A stretch of DNA of 64,000 nt, taken from the NCBI GenBank assembly GCA_043228905.1, contig JBHGNT010000001.1:9114001-9178000 (forward strand). Direction: 5' to 3'. Source of the DNA: Azolla caroliniana. Taxonomy: Eukaryota > Plantae > Polypodiophyta. Positions 51,678-64,000 of this stretch are shown in pieces (position 1 is the first letter of the stretch; each line of letters begins with the position of its first letter). Position numbers and translations under genes: made by a program. The notes beneath the pieces were generated by a model. It did not search any database. It saw only the letters and a list, made by a program, of their open reading frames with translations, and had not been told where the DNA came from.

Positions 51678-52039
51678 CCGCGCAAACTTGGATTTTGTTG
51701 TTCTTGTTCATAGGTTTGAGTCATCCACGTTGTCTTTTTCGTGGGTTGGTTTACTTCTACATGAAGCAATTTGTTGATTTCCTATTTCATGTTCATCGCA
51801 TGATTCAGGTATATATGTTATCATCGTCATTAGTGTGGCATCAAGTCATCCTTCGTGTGGATTCTAAATTGATCAAACTTGAAGGTGGATGTTTTCTTGT
51901 ACTTTTTAGTCAATGAGTTGCACTTTGTAACACTCTCACTACATATGTTCAGGAATATGGATACGCATCATGTTGAATGTATGACTCATCTATGCACAAT
52001 CCATCCCTAAGGCACAAATCACGAATGTTTAAAAGGTGG

Positions 52040-52260
52040 TATTGGAAAAGCCAAGGATGCCATGATTGGTTGCAAGGGCTCCCAAAGTGTTAATAGAAAT
52101 GTACTTTTAAGGTTGTCCTCATGGAGCAACTTATGGAGGATATGGTGGAAGCATATGTTGAATTGTGATAACCCTTCTTTTGAGAACTAATAAGGCACAT
52201 AACAATGTTGATGGATTTGTTTTGGATAAACTTTATGGCTAAACATGCATAGGAAATATT
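52040..52260 (-). mobile_element. Highly decayed gypsy-like RT remnant
   Basis: Minus-strand GYHN...(frameshifted) resembles the gypsy RT GYHQI...KTTF.T.WG motif. Confidence 0.35.
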
Positions 52261-55200
52261 TCCAAGTGGCATCAAACTCAAATTGGTTTGCATTAAACCT
52301 AAATGGATCGACAAATGAGGATAACAAAGTCACACAAATGGGTTTAGGGAAGTCCTTAACATCTCACTTTTGTTCTTACAATATGGGAATACATAGTGAG
52401 ACAACAAAGTTTCGTAAGCATTCTTCCTTGTGAGATTCATTGATGCTAGAGCTCAAGCCTCTCTCGTCCTCTTCCTCGTGAGATTCTTAACTCGAACATT
52501 AAACCTAGCTATGGCACAAAGGCTTGTCATTAAATCATGGACTAATGGAAGGTTAATCGTGTTGGTGATTTCTAGCCTTATTGCTCTTCGATTGAGTGCT
52601 CGAATTAGGTAAAGTCTCTCATAGGTAAAATAATCATTTAATTGTGTGAAAGTGATTAATTAATAGCTTAGGGTAGAGTTTTCTCTAGTAGTTACCTTAT
52701 ATGTTAGTAGATCAAGAGTGATCCACTCTCACTCTCACCTGCCTCACCAACAAAAAGGGTAGATGATTATGATTTCTTGCACACTAACCTCAAAGGTGTT
52801 CTCATGAAGAATACTTGAGTGAGAAGTAGTTTTTGGCAATAACACCAAATATATGCACATTAACCTATTCTTAATGTGGGGCTTTTTTAGAACCATTAGG
52901 AACTTGGGTTTGTGACGAGATTGAAATCAATATATTGGGGCTTACTTGGGTCATTAGTATAACTACCACTTCAAAGTTGTTCAATATGATGTGTGGTGTC
53001 CTATCTTCCTTGTGGATTTTGGTTGTAAACACACTTGAGGCTAGGGATGGCTTGATCTTCAACGGGGCCTCCATAGGAGATGATTGGCTCAAGGCCATGC
53101 TTTGCACTAAGAGTTCGTGTTGAATTCCATCTATTGTCAAAATGTAGACCAATTGGGCATTGTGCGTGACATTAATACATTTGTTTGAGTCACACCAATC
53201 TAGGCGGAATAGTACTCTCAAGTGCTTTGATTGTGGTAAAATGTCTCACAAGTTAAGTGATTGTTTAATCGCGTCAAGGTGTTGATTGGGTCATAGAGTA
53301 GGTTGCCATTAGTGTTAATGGTGAACCGTAAAAGTATTGCACAATCCATAACGAGGTCCTTGTATAATGCTTATGTTTAAGTAATTTGTATTTATAATTA
53401 TGTCTTGTCTACCAAAATTTAAATATCCCTTGATAGAGGGCCAACAATCTCAATCCATGGGATACAATATATATCCAATTGTAACATAAATACATCCTTA
53501 GTGTTGTAAAAAAATGGTCCTAACATGACAATTTTTACACCTAACTCATATAAAAGTTTGATCCATACCTCATGATCTTTAGTTAAATGAGATATTCTGT
53601 GATGTCTTTGTTGATCTAGGAGTGAGTGGGTGTGAGTGATGGTGGATGCAAGGAGTACTAGAAGGGACATAGAAATTATGAAACTCAATCATAATGTCAT
53701 TTGAGCATTACCGATATGATGCATCACTCTCATTTGCTTGCTATTTATAACTCCATAGCTAACATGATGTACACATGTCAAGGAAACCACCATGTACTAT
53801 GAAGAAGAACATTAACTTTGAGATTTTATTGTGTTTAAAATTGTTATGCAAACTCTTCGTCTAGTTTAGCGAGAAACAACTTTCAGAATTAAATATTAAA
53901 GTTTTTTGAGAACCCAAAATCAATAGATTTTGTATGTGAATGCTAATAGTAGAGGACCCATTATTAATGCATTGTTTGCAAATCATAATGTGTAGTGTTA
54001 GAACCATTGCAACCTTTCTAATATTTGTTGAGTACGAATGCTTAATCTCAAACTACTTTAGATATCATGGATATAAAGGTGTCTCTGCAAACCTCCATAC
54101 ATCAGAGATGACATTTCAAACTAGTTCCCCAAGTATGGCACTCCATGGATAAGTGTAACCACAATTCGTTATGCCTCCCTTGAGTGCATGCTATTTGAGC
54201 CTTGACCAATGCACGACCAATCGTGATAACGAGGTACTTAACCATTAAATTAGGGTCTCATGAATTGAGTAATGACAACCCTTGTACATAACTATCTCGA
54301 ACATCAAGGTCAACAACTTTGGAACATGACTTGGGCATTTTTAAAGCAACAATGATGGCATCACGACGGTGTACCTTTCCAACACACATATGATCAATAA
54401 TCTCATTCAACATCCCTATCATGAACGAAGTGGAAATGGAAGAGGCAAGCCATTAATGAAAGTTCGTCATGGTCGTGCTACACTTGTACGCCGTGATGGT
54501 GAGAGAAGTTGGGATCAAGATTCTCATGTGTAAAGAATCGGGTATGATTCTTGTGTAGTGGAATAGGAGTGAACCGTGTGTGTGTATGAGAGAGAGAGAG
54601 AGTGAATGAGAGAGACAAGGAATAAGACACAGAGAATACGCAAGGTAAAAGTGTATTAACAAAGGAGAAAGACTCAACATTATACAAGGTGGGAGGAGGG
54701 TGCTTTATATAGTCACCCTCTCTCTTCATTAACTACAAGACTCACGGAGCATGGGGAATGTGAAAGCTCATAAGTTATGTGTCATAGAATATGATTCTAT
54801 GACTCATACTAAATGCTAGAATACAAAGTGGTGACATAATGGTGACTCTTGGCCGTTGGAGTGTCTATTCACTCTCAAGGTGAGTTCACACACAAGACCA
54901 AGTTGAGCTTGATTCTCAACATCATGGTTAAAATTGTGATGACGAGTATGATAGGTTTAATGAGAGTCATAGACAAGAGAAGAAGTTAGGAAGAGACAAA
55001 AACTTTACATTTAAATGTGATGACGAATAGAGGTTATTTACAATGGCTTATCCCAAGACTTGGAACAAACACATAATGACTTGGGACATATGGAAACATG
55101 TGACACAATGGGATCCCAAGGACTTGGGGATTGGCTACCCCTTCATAATGACATCTCCAGACATTGTTGAGACTCTATTAGTAGGCCAAAACTCTAATAT

Positions 55201-56800
55201 TTTGGATATTTTCATATAAACTTAAAAGGTACAATATAAGGGAATATCAATGGTATGGGACATTGATGATATTTTATATCGATCTCTTATCTTTTGCTCA
55301 ATGGTGGTTGGTGTGATTAACAACCTGTAAACAATTAGTTCCTCACTCTTAGCATTCGTTTCTTATAATCTGTATTCGATTCCTAATAAGAAAATTATCA
55401 TTATTGGACAAAATGAGAGGAAAAAAGACACTGCGTAGTGAGGTAGAGTTCAAGAGTCTTGGATTCATCATCATACTACTGGTTATGTGAGGTATAGTAT
55501 TTGAAAAACACATTGTCCCTCCTATTCTCGATCAGGGTAGTTTAGTCAATGATCCTCTCCAATGACGAGTTTGTAGATCTGTCCCACGCCCCGAGCCCCA
55601 TCAATTGCCCTCTTTTCAGCAAAAACGAGGGGTAACCGAGGGATTTTGTGAAAGCGTGGGGGTATTTTGGTAATTAATTTCCCTTATTGCACTATTATTT
55701 TGTTCCTACTGACTCTCTTTTCTGTTGGGTCTAATGGTAATGTGAAAGCAGCATCTCTCTCTCTCTCTCTCTCTCTACTTCAGCTTTCATGAAAACGAAG
55801 ACGGAGAAAATGCAAGGGGATTGAAGGAACCCGCTCTCAGACTGTTCTCAATCATTTATTATTGTTTTTCTTTTATTAGATTCGTTTGGTAAGGTATAAT
55901 TTCCCTACTCTCTATCAATCCTCTGTTCTTTTCTTCTTCTTTTCTTTTGCCTTTTCAAACCTAATCCTGGAAAGGTCCATATGCATTATCACGGTTTTCT
56001 GCAATATTTAGCTCTCATTTTTGTCTTTCACATTGACGTTTTTTATTGGGTAGCAAATTGATGTGCAGAATGTGTATTTATAATGCATAAAATTAGCTTG
56101 ATCTGAAAATCTAGGAAAGTTTGAGATTGATCTTTTAAAATTATGGTGGTTAAAACTTGTTGATATTTAAGATTTCAGAAAATGAAGAGATCTTGAACTG
56201 CTTATTTTCAGGATTCATTTTTTTTTTGTTTATTATCAGATAAAGAAATCAGGTTTTTTTTTTTGAGTCATTTTTCTATAAGTTTCTTAATGTTTTTTAT
56301 GCTTTTGATGATATGAAGGATTTCATGAAGGCCATGTTTTTTATTTTTTGTACCACACCTGGATAAACCCTTGCTGTTTTATTATTCATTATGTATACAA
56401 CATATCCGCCTAAAGTCTTTGTTTGTGCTTTTTTTTGTATATAAATTGTTGATCTAATTTGTTGAGACTATATGGTTTTTGGTTGTATTCCAAATCTTTG
56501 GGTAAGTCCTTTTTGTGTTTTTTTACCATAAACTATTGAGCTGTTCCTGTAGCAAATTGGGACAGGAAATTTCGTATCATGTTCATGTGGTGGATGCTTA
56601 AATAACACATAAAGTCTATGCATTTTCAACGGAATACATCTTGGATTTTTTTTGTATGTATCATGTTTGTGTAATCCATAAATTTTGTTCGTTGATTTTT
56701 TATTTCATGGTTTTGCAAAGCCATTGCTTTTTATTTATAATTCTTTGCCTATTGTTGCAGCTTATTGGCACTTGAAATTTCCCATTTTTACACTTTCACG

Positions 56801-59800
56801 ATGATGGGACCTGAGAAAGATGATGGGCAGGGTGGCCATTTCTACCCTGGAAATGAAATGGAGAGCGTTGTGCTTGATTCTTCTCCACATGCGTTTATTT
56901 CAAATGATAACTACAAAAACACCATTTCAGCTAAAGAATATTTAGATCCTCTCTCTGTGAATAAATATAATGAAGAGGAAGATGAGGATGTGTTTCAGAT
57001 CAGTTCTGGTGGGTCCTTTTCCAAGAGCCCAAAAGAACTTGCCAGCAATGTTGGTAGGGAGGATCCACTCATAGAGCCACCATCTTATGCTGATGTTATT
57101 TTTACACCGTATGAGACAGTTGGTGAAGGGAGCAATGGAAGCTTCAAAGATCTTAGTTCACGCTCGTTTCCCTTCTCATCATCATCATCGATTTCATTTC
57201 CGGATCACTTAAACATTACAGTTTCTGACCCGCAAAAGATACAAGATACAACAAATACATCGATAGTACCTGGCTCAAATACTTACATAACATACCTCAT
57301 TGTCACCTACACTGACATACCACAATATGGGGGAGGTGAATTCAGTGTTCGTCGACGATTCAGAGATGTTGTTACGTTGGGTGATAGACTTGCAGAAGCT
57401 TATAGGGGTTACTTCATTCCTTCCCGTCCGGAGAAGAGTATTGTGGAGAGCCAGGTCATGCAGAAACAGGATTTTATTGAACAAAGAAGGGTTGCACTTG
57501 AAAAATACCTCAGGCGATTAGCAAACCATCCGGTTATTAGAAGAAGTGATGAATTGAGATTGTTCTTACAATCTCAGGGGAAGTTACCATTAGTGCCAAC
57601 TACTGACATGGCCTCGAGGATGCTAGATGGGGCAGCCAGCCTTCCAAGGCAGCTCTTTGGAGAAGGAAGCGTTGTGATGTCACCAAAGGACGTTGTACAA
57701 CCTGCTAAGGGAGGAAGAGATTTAGTTCGCATGTTCAAAGAATTGAAACAATCGGTTACCATTGAATGGGGTGGATCCAAGCCGGCTGTGAATGAAGATG
57801 ACAAAGAGTTCCTTGAAAGAAAAGAGAAACTTGAGGATCTAGAGCAATATTTGAGTGAGGCATCTCAACAAGTAAGACTGGAAAAAAATCTATTATTCCA
57901 TGATGTCAAACATGCGAGACAGATATAATTATTACTTGATTTTCTTGTGATAAAACTGATAATTTTATCAAATGACTCCTTTTGCAGGCAGAAATATTAG
58001 TGAAGGCTCAACAAGAAGTTGGGGAAACAATGGGAGAACTTGGATTAGCATTTATCAAACTAGCAAAGTTTGAATCAGAGAATGCCATCTACAACACTCA
58101 AAGAACCCATGCTATGGATGCAAAAAGGCTGGCAACAGCAGCGGTGAAAGTAAGCCGATTTTACAGGGAATCAAATGCCCAGTCAGTAAGACACTTGGTA
58201 TGTTTTCAATATTATTGTGTCATCTGAAGTCTGTCTTGCATAATGACATAATACAATAAGCAGAGATAAGACAGTCATCAGTGATAACAAGATGGCTCCA
58301 ATGAGGAGTACATACAGGATTTCCTCTTTATTGTTCATTGTGACCACATTAGACATGTTAGTTCTTAGTTATCAAGGGTTTAACAGCCCAATTGGTAATT
58401 TTCAAATTCAAATTGCAAATTGGGGTGTCATTCCTCTGCCTTTATCATGCATGTGGTATCCATTGTCTAAATGCTACGTGTACACATACACACTTTACAT
58501 GCATGAATTTATTTTTTTGGACGGGAAGGGGATTGACTGAGAGGTTCATGGACTATACCAAGCTCTTGCCTGTACTCCTGAATCATGACGACAATGTAAA
58601 TGATAGGCTGAACTACATACAATATTTAGTATTTAACAGTTTCACAAAGTTAGGGTCCTATGGAAACAGGATTAGGCTTCATCAATAAATCAACCAAATT
58701 TTTACATAGGATATATTAAACTAAATGTATTTTTTAAAGTTAGTTAACATAAGACAGATTCTATACATTTTAAAACAGAATGATCCAAGGCGTTAGATGA
58801 TTGGATTTCCTAGAGATAAAGGATGAGTAAGGGTCGTGAGATCCTAGTATTGCTGTAGTCAATGTTTGTTTCATATAATTCATTATGATAAAATCAAAGC
58901 TAGTGTCAACAGAAGTGTCGCCTGCTCATGATATGCTAGATATAAAAGAACCCACAAAACATCTAAATGCCATAGCCAGCTCCAGATATAACAGTCACCC
59001 AACTATCCGTCTCACTGTACATTATATGATAATTACTCCTAATACTGCTTCTGGTTTCTGATGACAGATCCAACTTGAGACATTCTCGCTTTTATTGTGA
59101 AAAGGAGCATTGCTAGCATAGGCTGCACACTTGCTTGTAGAACCATATCTCATTCTTTAGAAGAACAATCACAATAGTGTACAATATTTACTCCTAAGAT
59201 GGGCCCATTCTTTTGCTTCTAGTTTCTGATGACAGACCTGACTTGAGAGATTTCGGTTTTAGAAGGCAAGAGGTAGACTGCAATGTCTGTAGAAACTTTA
59301 CTTCATTCTTTAGAAGCATTCACAATAGTGTACAATACTGAATAGGTTGGCTGTTTACAAATATTACTGAAAACATCATATTAGGTTATGGAAGAGAGCA
59401 AAGCATTTGTAGCGATGGTTAAATCCATGTGGTGTGAACCTTACAGTCACCTTTGAGAAACAATTTGGAAACACCATACTAGGTATATTCGAAGCATTTG
59501 TAACTAAGTTTTGAATCCACGTAGTATGAACTAAATAGTCGATCACCTATGAGGAACAGCAATGTGAGTTTACCGTTGGTCAAGATGCTGTAGAGTTTGG
59601 CTATTGAAAGTTTTTGAAACTGGCCCAAGAACTTTCAAGGTGATATCAAGCATAGTTCATTTTACTTTTGATTATTATAAAGCAGAGTGCTGATGTATTT
59701 GTTATTCTGTCTCTCGTGGACTTAAATTTTTTTTTTTATCTATCAATCTCTTTATCTCTCTAATGTTAGGTTGATATTTTATGTTTTTTTATAGGACCAA

Positions 59801-60352
59801 CTTCATGAATACCTTAGTGCGATGCAATCAGTGCATACAGCTTTTAATGATCGATCAAACGCTTTGTTGACTGTCCAAACATTACTGACCGAGGTCTCAT
59901 CTATCACCACAAGAATAGACAAACTTGAAGTTGCATCTTCCAAGATTTTTGGAGGAGATAAATCCAGGATTCGAAAGATCGAAGACCTGAAAGCTGCCCT
60001 TGGAACCACAGAAGAAGCTCGTGAAACTGCTATAACGGAATATGAGCGGATCAAGGTTATGTTTGATTATTTGTAGTATCCATGGTAGCATAATGTTTCT
60101 TAAGTCATTTTTTGTACTGAGATGACGTATATTCAATTTATACATTTTCTCCCTTTTTTTTATCATCATTTGATTCGTTTGTTGGCAGCAGTGTTCATGT
60201 ATTTAAAGTATGTTTACAAAGGGGATACTTCACAGACTTGTATTGACTGTTTAAGAATTTATCAGGACATCAACCACAGTGAACTTGAGCGGTTTGATGC
60301 TCAACGGAAAGTTGACTTTCTTGAGATGCTCAAAGGCTTTGTTCATAATCAG
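56801..60352 (+). CDS. SNX2: Sorting nexin 2 (PX + BAR/Vps5 domains), partial; exons 56801-57871, 57988-58197, 59795-60055, 60266-60352; final exon not in window
   Basis: EPPSYAD, VSDPQK, FSVRRRFRDVVTLGDRLAEAYRGYFIPSRPEKS, QPAKGGRDLVRMFKELKQSV, AFNDRSNALLTVQTL, ASSKIFGGDKSR. Likely 5' UTR intron 55889-56760. Confidence 0.92.
59045..59337. repeat. Imperfect ~170-bp tandem duplication in SNX2 intron 2
   Basis: TGCTTCT.GTTTCTGATGACAGA....ACTTGAGA and CATTCTTTAGAAG...CACAATAGTGTACAATA each occur twice. Confidence 0.7.
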
Positions 60353-61002
60353 GTTTATCCAAAATTTCTTGATTTTTGAGTCTTTCTCTTTATATAATTT
60401 ATATTGAAAATCTGTCAGACTGGCGAAATGCAAATGGGGATTTCTATTTTCCTTTCTAAGTTTGTGGATATTTGCATGATAACGTGGATTAACTGCTTTA
60501 TTTATCCGGTACTCAGTATAACCTGGTGTAGCTTGAGAAAGAATGAAAGGTATACACATCTCTAGAAGACTTTAATGGCCTCTGAGACTTTAGAAAGCTC
60601 ATAGCTGTTTATGTTGACCCGTTTGATGCTAGCGATAGAAGGATATGCCTTTCTACTCTTAACTTCCTGCAACACACAAAACAGTTTGTTCATACAACTG
60701 AAAACAATCAGATTTAGTGCACAACCACTGAAACTGAAGTTGCCACTCTGAGTCACGACTGCACTTTGGTTGGAATGGCTGATGCATCACTAGGAGTGTC
60801 CCTTACATGTGTGCAGAAGAAATCTTTCAAAGCTCTCTGCTTTGATGGATCTGTGTGTCTTCCTCTCCCTCTAGAGTATGTCTCCTTATCTCTTGAAGTA
60901 AGACCACTAAGTATCTTTGATCACTCTATGGTAGAGATCCTAATCCTTTTCCGAAAATATCTTCCTTTAAGAGGAACAAAGAGAAGGATAGGCCCTTATA
61001 TG

Positions 61003-61815
61003 TGTTAGGAATATGTCCCTCCTATGGGAGCAGTGGACAGTTGAAGACGAGGAAGGAGTCGGCAGTCGGATCAACAAGCCAAACACAGGATGGTCGATCC
61101 CATCGACCAACGAGTTGATTGGTTGAGTCGACAATATTGGATAGATGGTCCAAGTCAAGGATGAGGCCGACTAGTCGGGCCGACCGGATAGTCGACAGTG
61201 GAGTCGACTAGTCAGGCCGACTGGAAAATCGACACGGGAGTCGGCTAGTCAGCTACATTTGTAAATAGCCCAGACTATGTATAAGTATAAATACACCTAG
61301 GGCAAACATAATGATGTGTGTGCGCAGAATATAACTAAGAGTTTTCTGTGCGTAGTGAGTAGGAAGGAGAGAGCGTGTAAGAGAGCGGCGCCATAGCTGT
61401 GTTACAAAATAGACACCAAGAGACATGTGTGGCTGATCAGTGATACACTCTGTACAGAGAGTGTTGTAATCTGTTCTCCCTTTTATACCTTTGATATAGT
61501 GATTCTCTGTTGGCCATGGTTTTTCCCCTGTGTAGGGTTTTCTACGTAAAATATTGTGTACTGCGGTTTTTTCCTTGTTTTTCTGTTTCACATTGTGTGT
61601 GTTTTCAGTCGTTCTTTCTCACAGATGTACGATCTGAACATTGCAAATTGGTATCAAAGCACGAGGTGCAGAAATGGAAGGAGGTGTGAGCGGCTTGCTA
61701 GGCATGATAGTCCTAAACTCACATAACTACTCCGACTGGAAGATCAAAATGGACGATCTTCTCATTGTCAAAGATCTGTAGGAGCCCATTGACAGAGAAG
61801 AAATACCCACAGGGC
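61003..61815 (+). mobile_element. Copia (family C) 5' LTR (61003-61645), PBS (61649-61660) and start of gag
   Basis: TGTTAGG...TTGCA, then TGGTATCAAAGC. ATG 61674 begins MEGGVSGLLGMIVLNSHNYSDWKIKMDDLLIVKDL*EPIDREEIPTG. Confidence 0.9.
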
Positions 61816-64000
61816 TTCACCTTGTAGACCCATTTATTCCTGAGTGCTCTCTTACCTTTTGGTAGCTCCACCAAGTCGTAGGTATAATTTTCGTGCAAGG
61901 AGTCCATTTCGTCTTGCATTGCACTCTACCATTTCTCTTTGTGCTCATCGGCTATGGTGTAATCATAGCAATCCGGCTCGCCTTCATCAGTCATATGCCT
62001 CAACCGACTCCCATAGCTCTGTCGACTCTGAGTCATATGTATCAGTCGGTTGCTCCGAGTCGACTATCTTGGATTCGGCTGTTCCGACTGGTTGTCTTCT
62101 GACAAACGACCGTGTCATGTTGACTAATCTTGTGTTCAGAGTCGGCTGAGACGACAACCCCGATTGCTGTTGTTCCAGTCTTCGATTGCCTTGTCTTCCA
62201 TAAACACTATGTCTCGATTCCTCACAATCTTCTTATCAAGAAGGTCCCACAACATGTAGCCAAATTCATCCTCCAAGTACCCAAGGAATATGCATGGTTT
62301 CGACTTGCTGTTGAGCCTCAACCTTTGATCCTTAGCTACATGCATATATACCAGGCATTCGAACACCTTGAGGTGTTGATAGGAGACATCTTTACTTGTC
62401 CACACCCTTTGTAGAACATCCCCTTTCGAAGGCACTACGGGAGACCTGTTGATCAGATAAACAATCGTGTACATTGCCTCAACCCAATACGATTTCGGCA
62501 GCTTTGCATGCAACGTGATGCTTCTCACTCTTTCCATGATAGTTCGATTCATCCTCTCTGTAAGCCCATTCAACTCAGGGGTATTTGACTCAAATACCTT
62601 GGGCCTTGCAGTATTCTTCGACTCAAATACCTTGGGCCTTGCAGTATTCTTCGAATTGTCCTTTGTACTCGCCACCGTTGTCGGTCTGGACAGCCTTCAA
62701 CTTTCGACCAAACTCCCTCTCTGGCCTGCAAATCTTTGAAGACTGACAACACCTGATCTTTCGACTTTACCACGAAAGCCCACAACTTTCTATTGTAGTC
62801 GTCGATGAATGTCACAAAGTATTGTCCACCACGATGCGATGGCCAAACCTCTTGTGCCATATCTCTCTACTCGAGTCGGCAGCCACATTCACTTCATTCT
62901 TGCATAGGTTGGCTTGCATCATATACAATGTGCCTTGCGTCTATGCTTGGGCCACTATTAGATTTCCTCGATAGAACTTCCACTTGTCGTTTCGAAAACT
63001 ACCACTATAGCCTTCATCGTCAAATCTTCCAGTTGATATCAGATTCAGCCTGATATCAAGGACATGTCGAACATCCCTTAGGGTCAACTGACAACCAGTC
63101 GACGTTGTCAGGCACACACTTCCAATGCCGGCTATCTTGCATTCTCCATTATCTCCCATCTTTACATAGCCATAGTCACCGGCTGTGTAAGATGAGAAGC
63201 ACTCTCTTGAGGGAGTTATATGGAATGATGCACCGGAGTCAATCACTCAGGTGCACTCTTTATTTGCAAGATTTGCACTTGCCTGTTCACAAATGAATAG
63301 AAGATCATCGCTCATAGCGACGGCTGAAGTGCCCTTCTCGTTAGAAACCTTTTTGGGTTCGACATCATTTGAGACATCTTTGTCCATCTTAAGGTGTTGA
63401 CAGTCCTTCTGGAAGTGTCTAGGTTTTCCACAATAAAAGCATGTTAGCTTACTCCTGGACTTGGATGTGGCATGGGACTTGTCTCTTCTTTGTGGACTTC
63501 TTTCTTTGTTTCTTCCTCTGCTCGAATGTTGTGTCACATTTGCCTCCGACTAGGACAGGACATGCTTGTGCTTCCTTCTCATCCCTTTGTTCAAGATGCT
63601 TGTCTTTACCACTTGTAAAGACAAGTTTTCTTCTTGACAAGAGGTGTTGAGAGTCACCACCAGGTTCTCCCAGCTGTCCGGCAAGCTACACAACAACAAG
63701 AGGGCCTCCATAACATCATCAAGGGAAAACTTGGCTGCAACAAGTTGATTTACAAGCCCCATGAAGGCGTTTATATGTACCACTATGTTGTCTCCGTCTC
63801 TATACTTCAACCTTACTATCTTTCTCATCAAAGATGTCTTGTTGAGAGCGTTCATCCTTTCGTACAGTCCTGACAACTTCTGCCACATCTCGTAGGTATT
63901 AGTGTCGTTAGCCACATGCTGAAGGACACTCACATCTACGCACTTTTTGATGGTGGCCACCGCCTTCTTGTTTAGGAGTTTCCATTGAGATTCGAAGTTG
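61813..64000 (-). mobile_element. Inverted internal region (rest of gag, PR, IN, start of RT) of the same copia element, decayed
   Basis: From 64000 leftward: ESQWKLLNKKAVATIKKCVDVSVLQHVAND, CFYCGKPRHF, IDSGASFH, PELNGLTERMNRT, MQDEMDSLHEN...NKWVYKVKP. A 33-bp tandem duplication lies at 62589-62654. Confidence 0.9.

Noticed and set aside
54485-55152. Possible second solo LTR
   Set aside because: LTR-like composition, but no matching TSD or convincing terminal inverted repeats.

Overview
Nuclear DNA from a land plant (introns, plant gene families and TE types; probably a non-seed plant such as a fern, which is inference). Bases 1-23,000 are a nest of transposable elements. They include a young, intact Ty1/copia element (17279-22598: 603-bp LTRs with 2 visible mismatches, TAATG TSD) inserted into a LINE RT, plus two truncated copia copies and a decayed copia. 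The most unusual element is a Sola-like DNA transposase fragment (minus strand) set head-to-head with a spliced, now pseudogenised gene. That gene encodes a ParB/Srx-like domain plus a prokaryote-type beta-class N6-adenine/N4-cytosine DNA methyltransferase. Two arrays of ~50-bp-period palindromes sharing a CGAT..G..ATCG core accompany this pair. The rest of the window holds three host genes: a VNS-type NAC transcription factor (+), a 12-exon plastid-type double-GST-N/thioredoxin-fold gene (-) with a LINE in one intron, and a sorting nexin 2 gene (+). The last visible SNX2 intron contains a copia element whose internal region is inverted. The 23-36 kb interval is AT-rich, with only decayed TE remnants.
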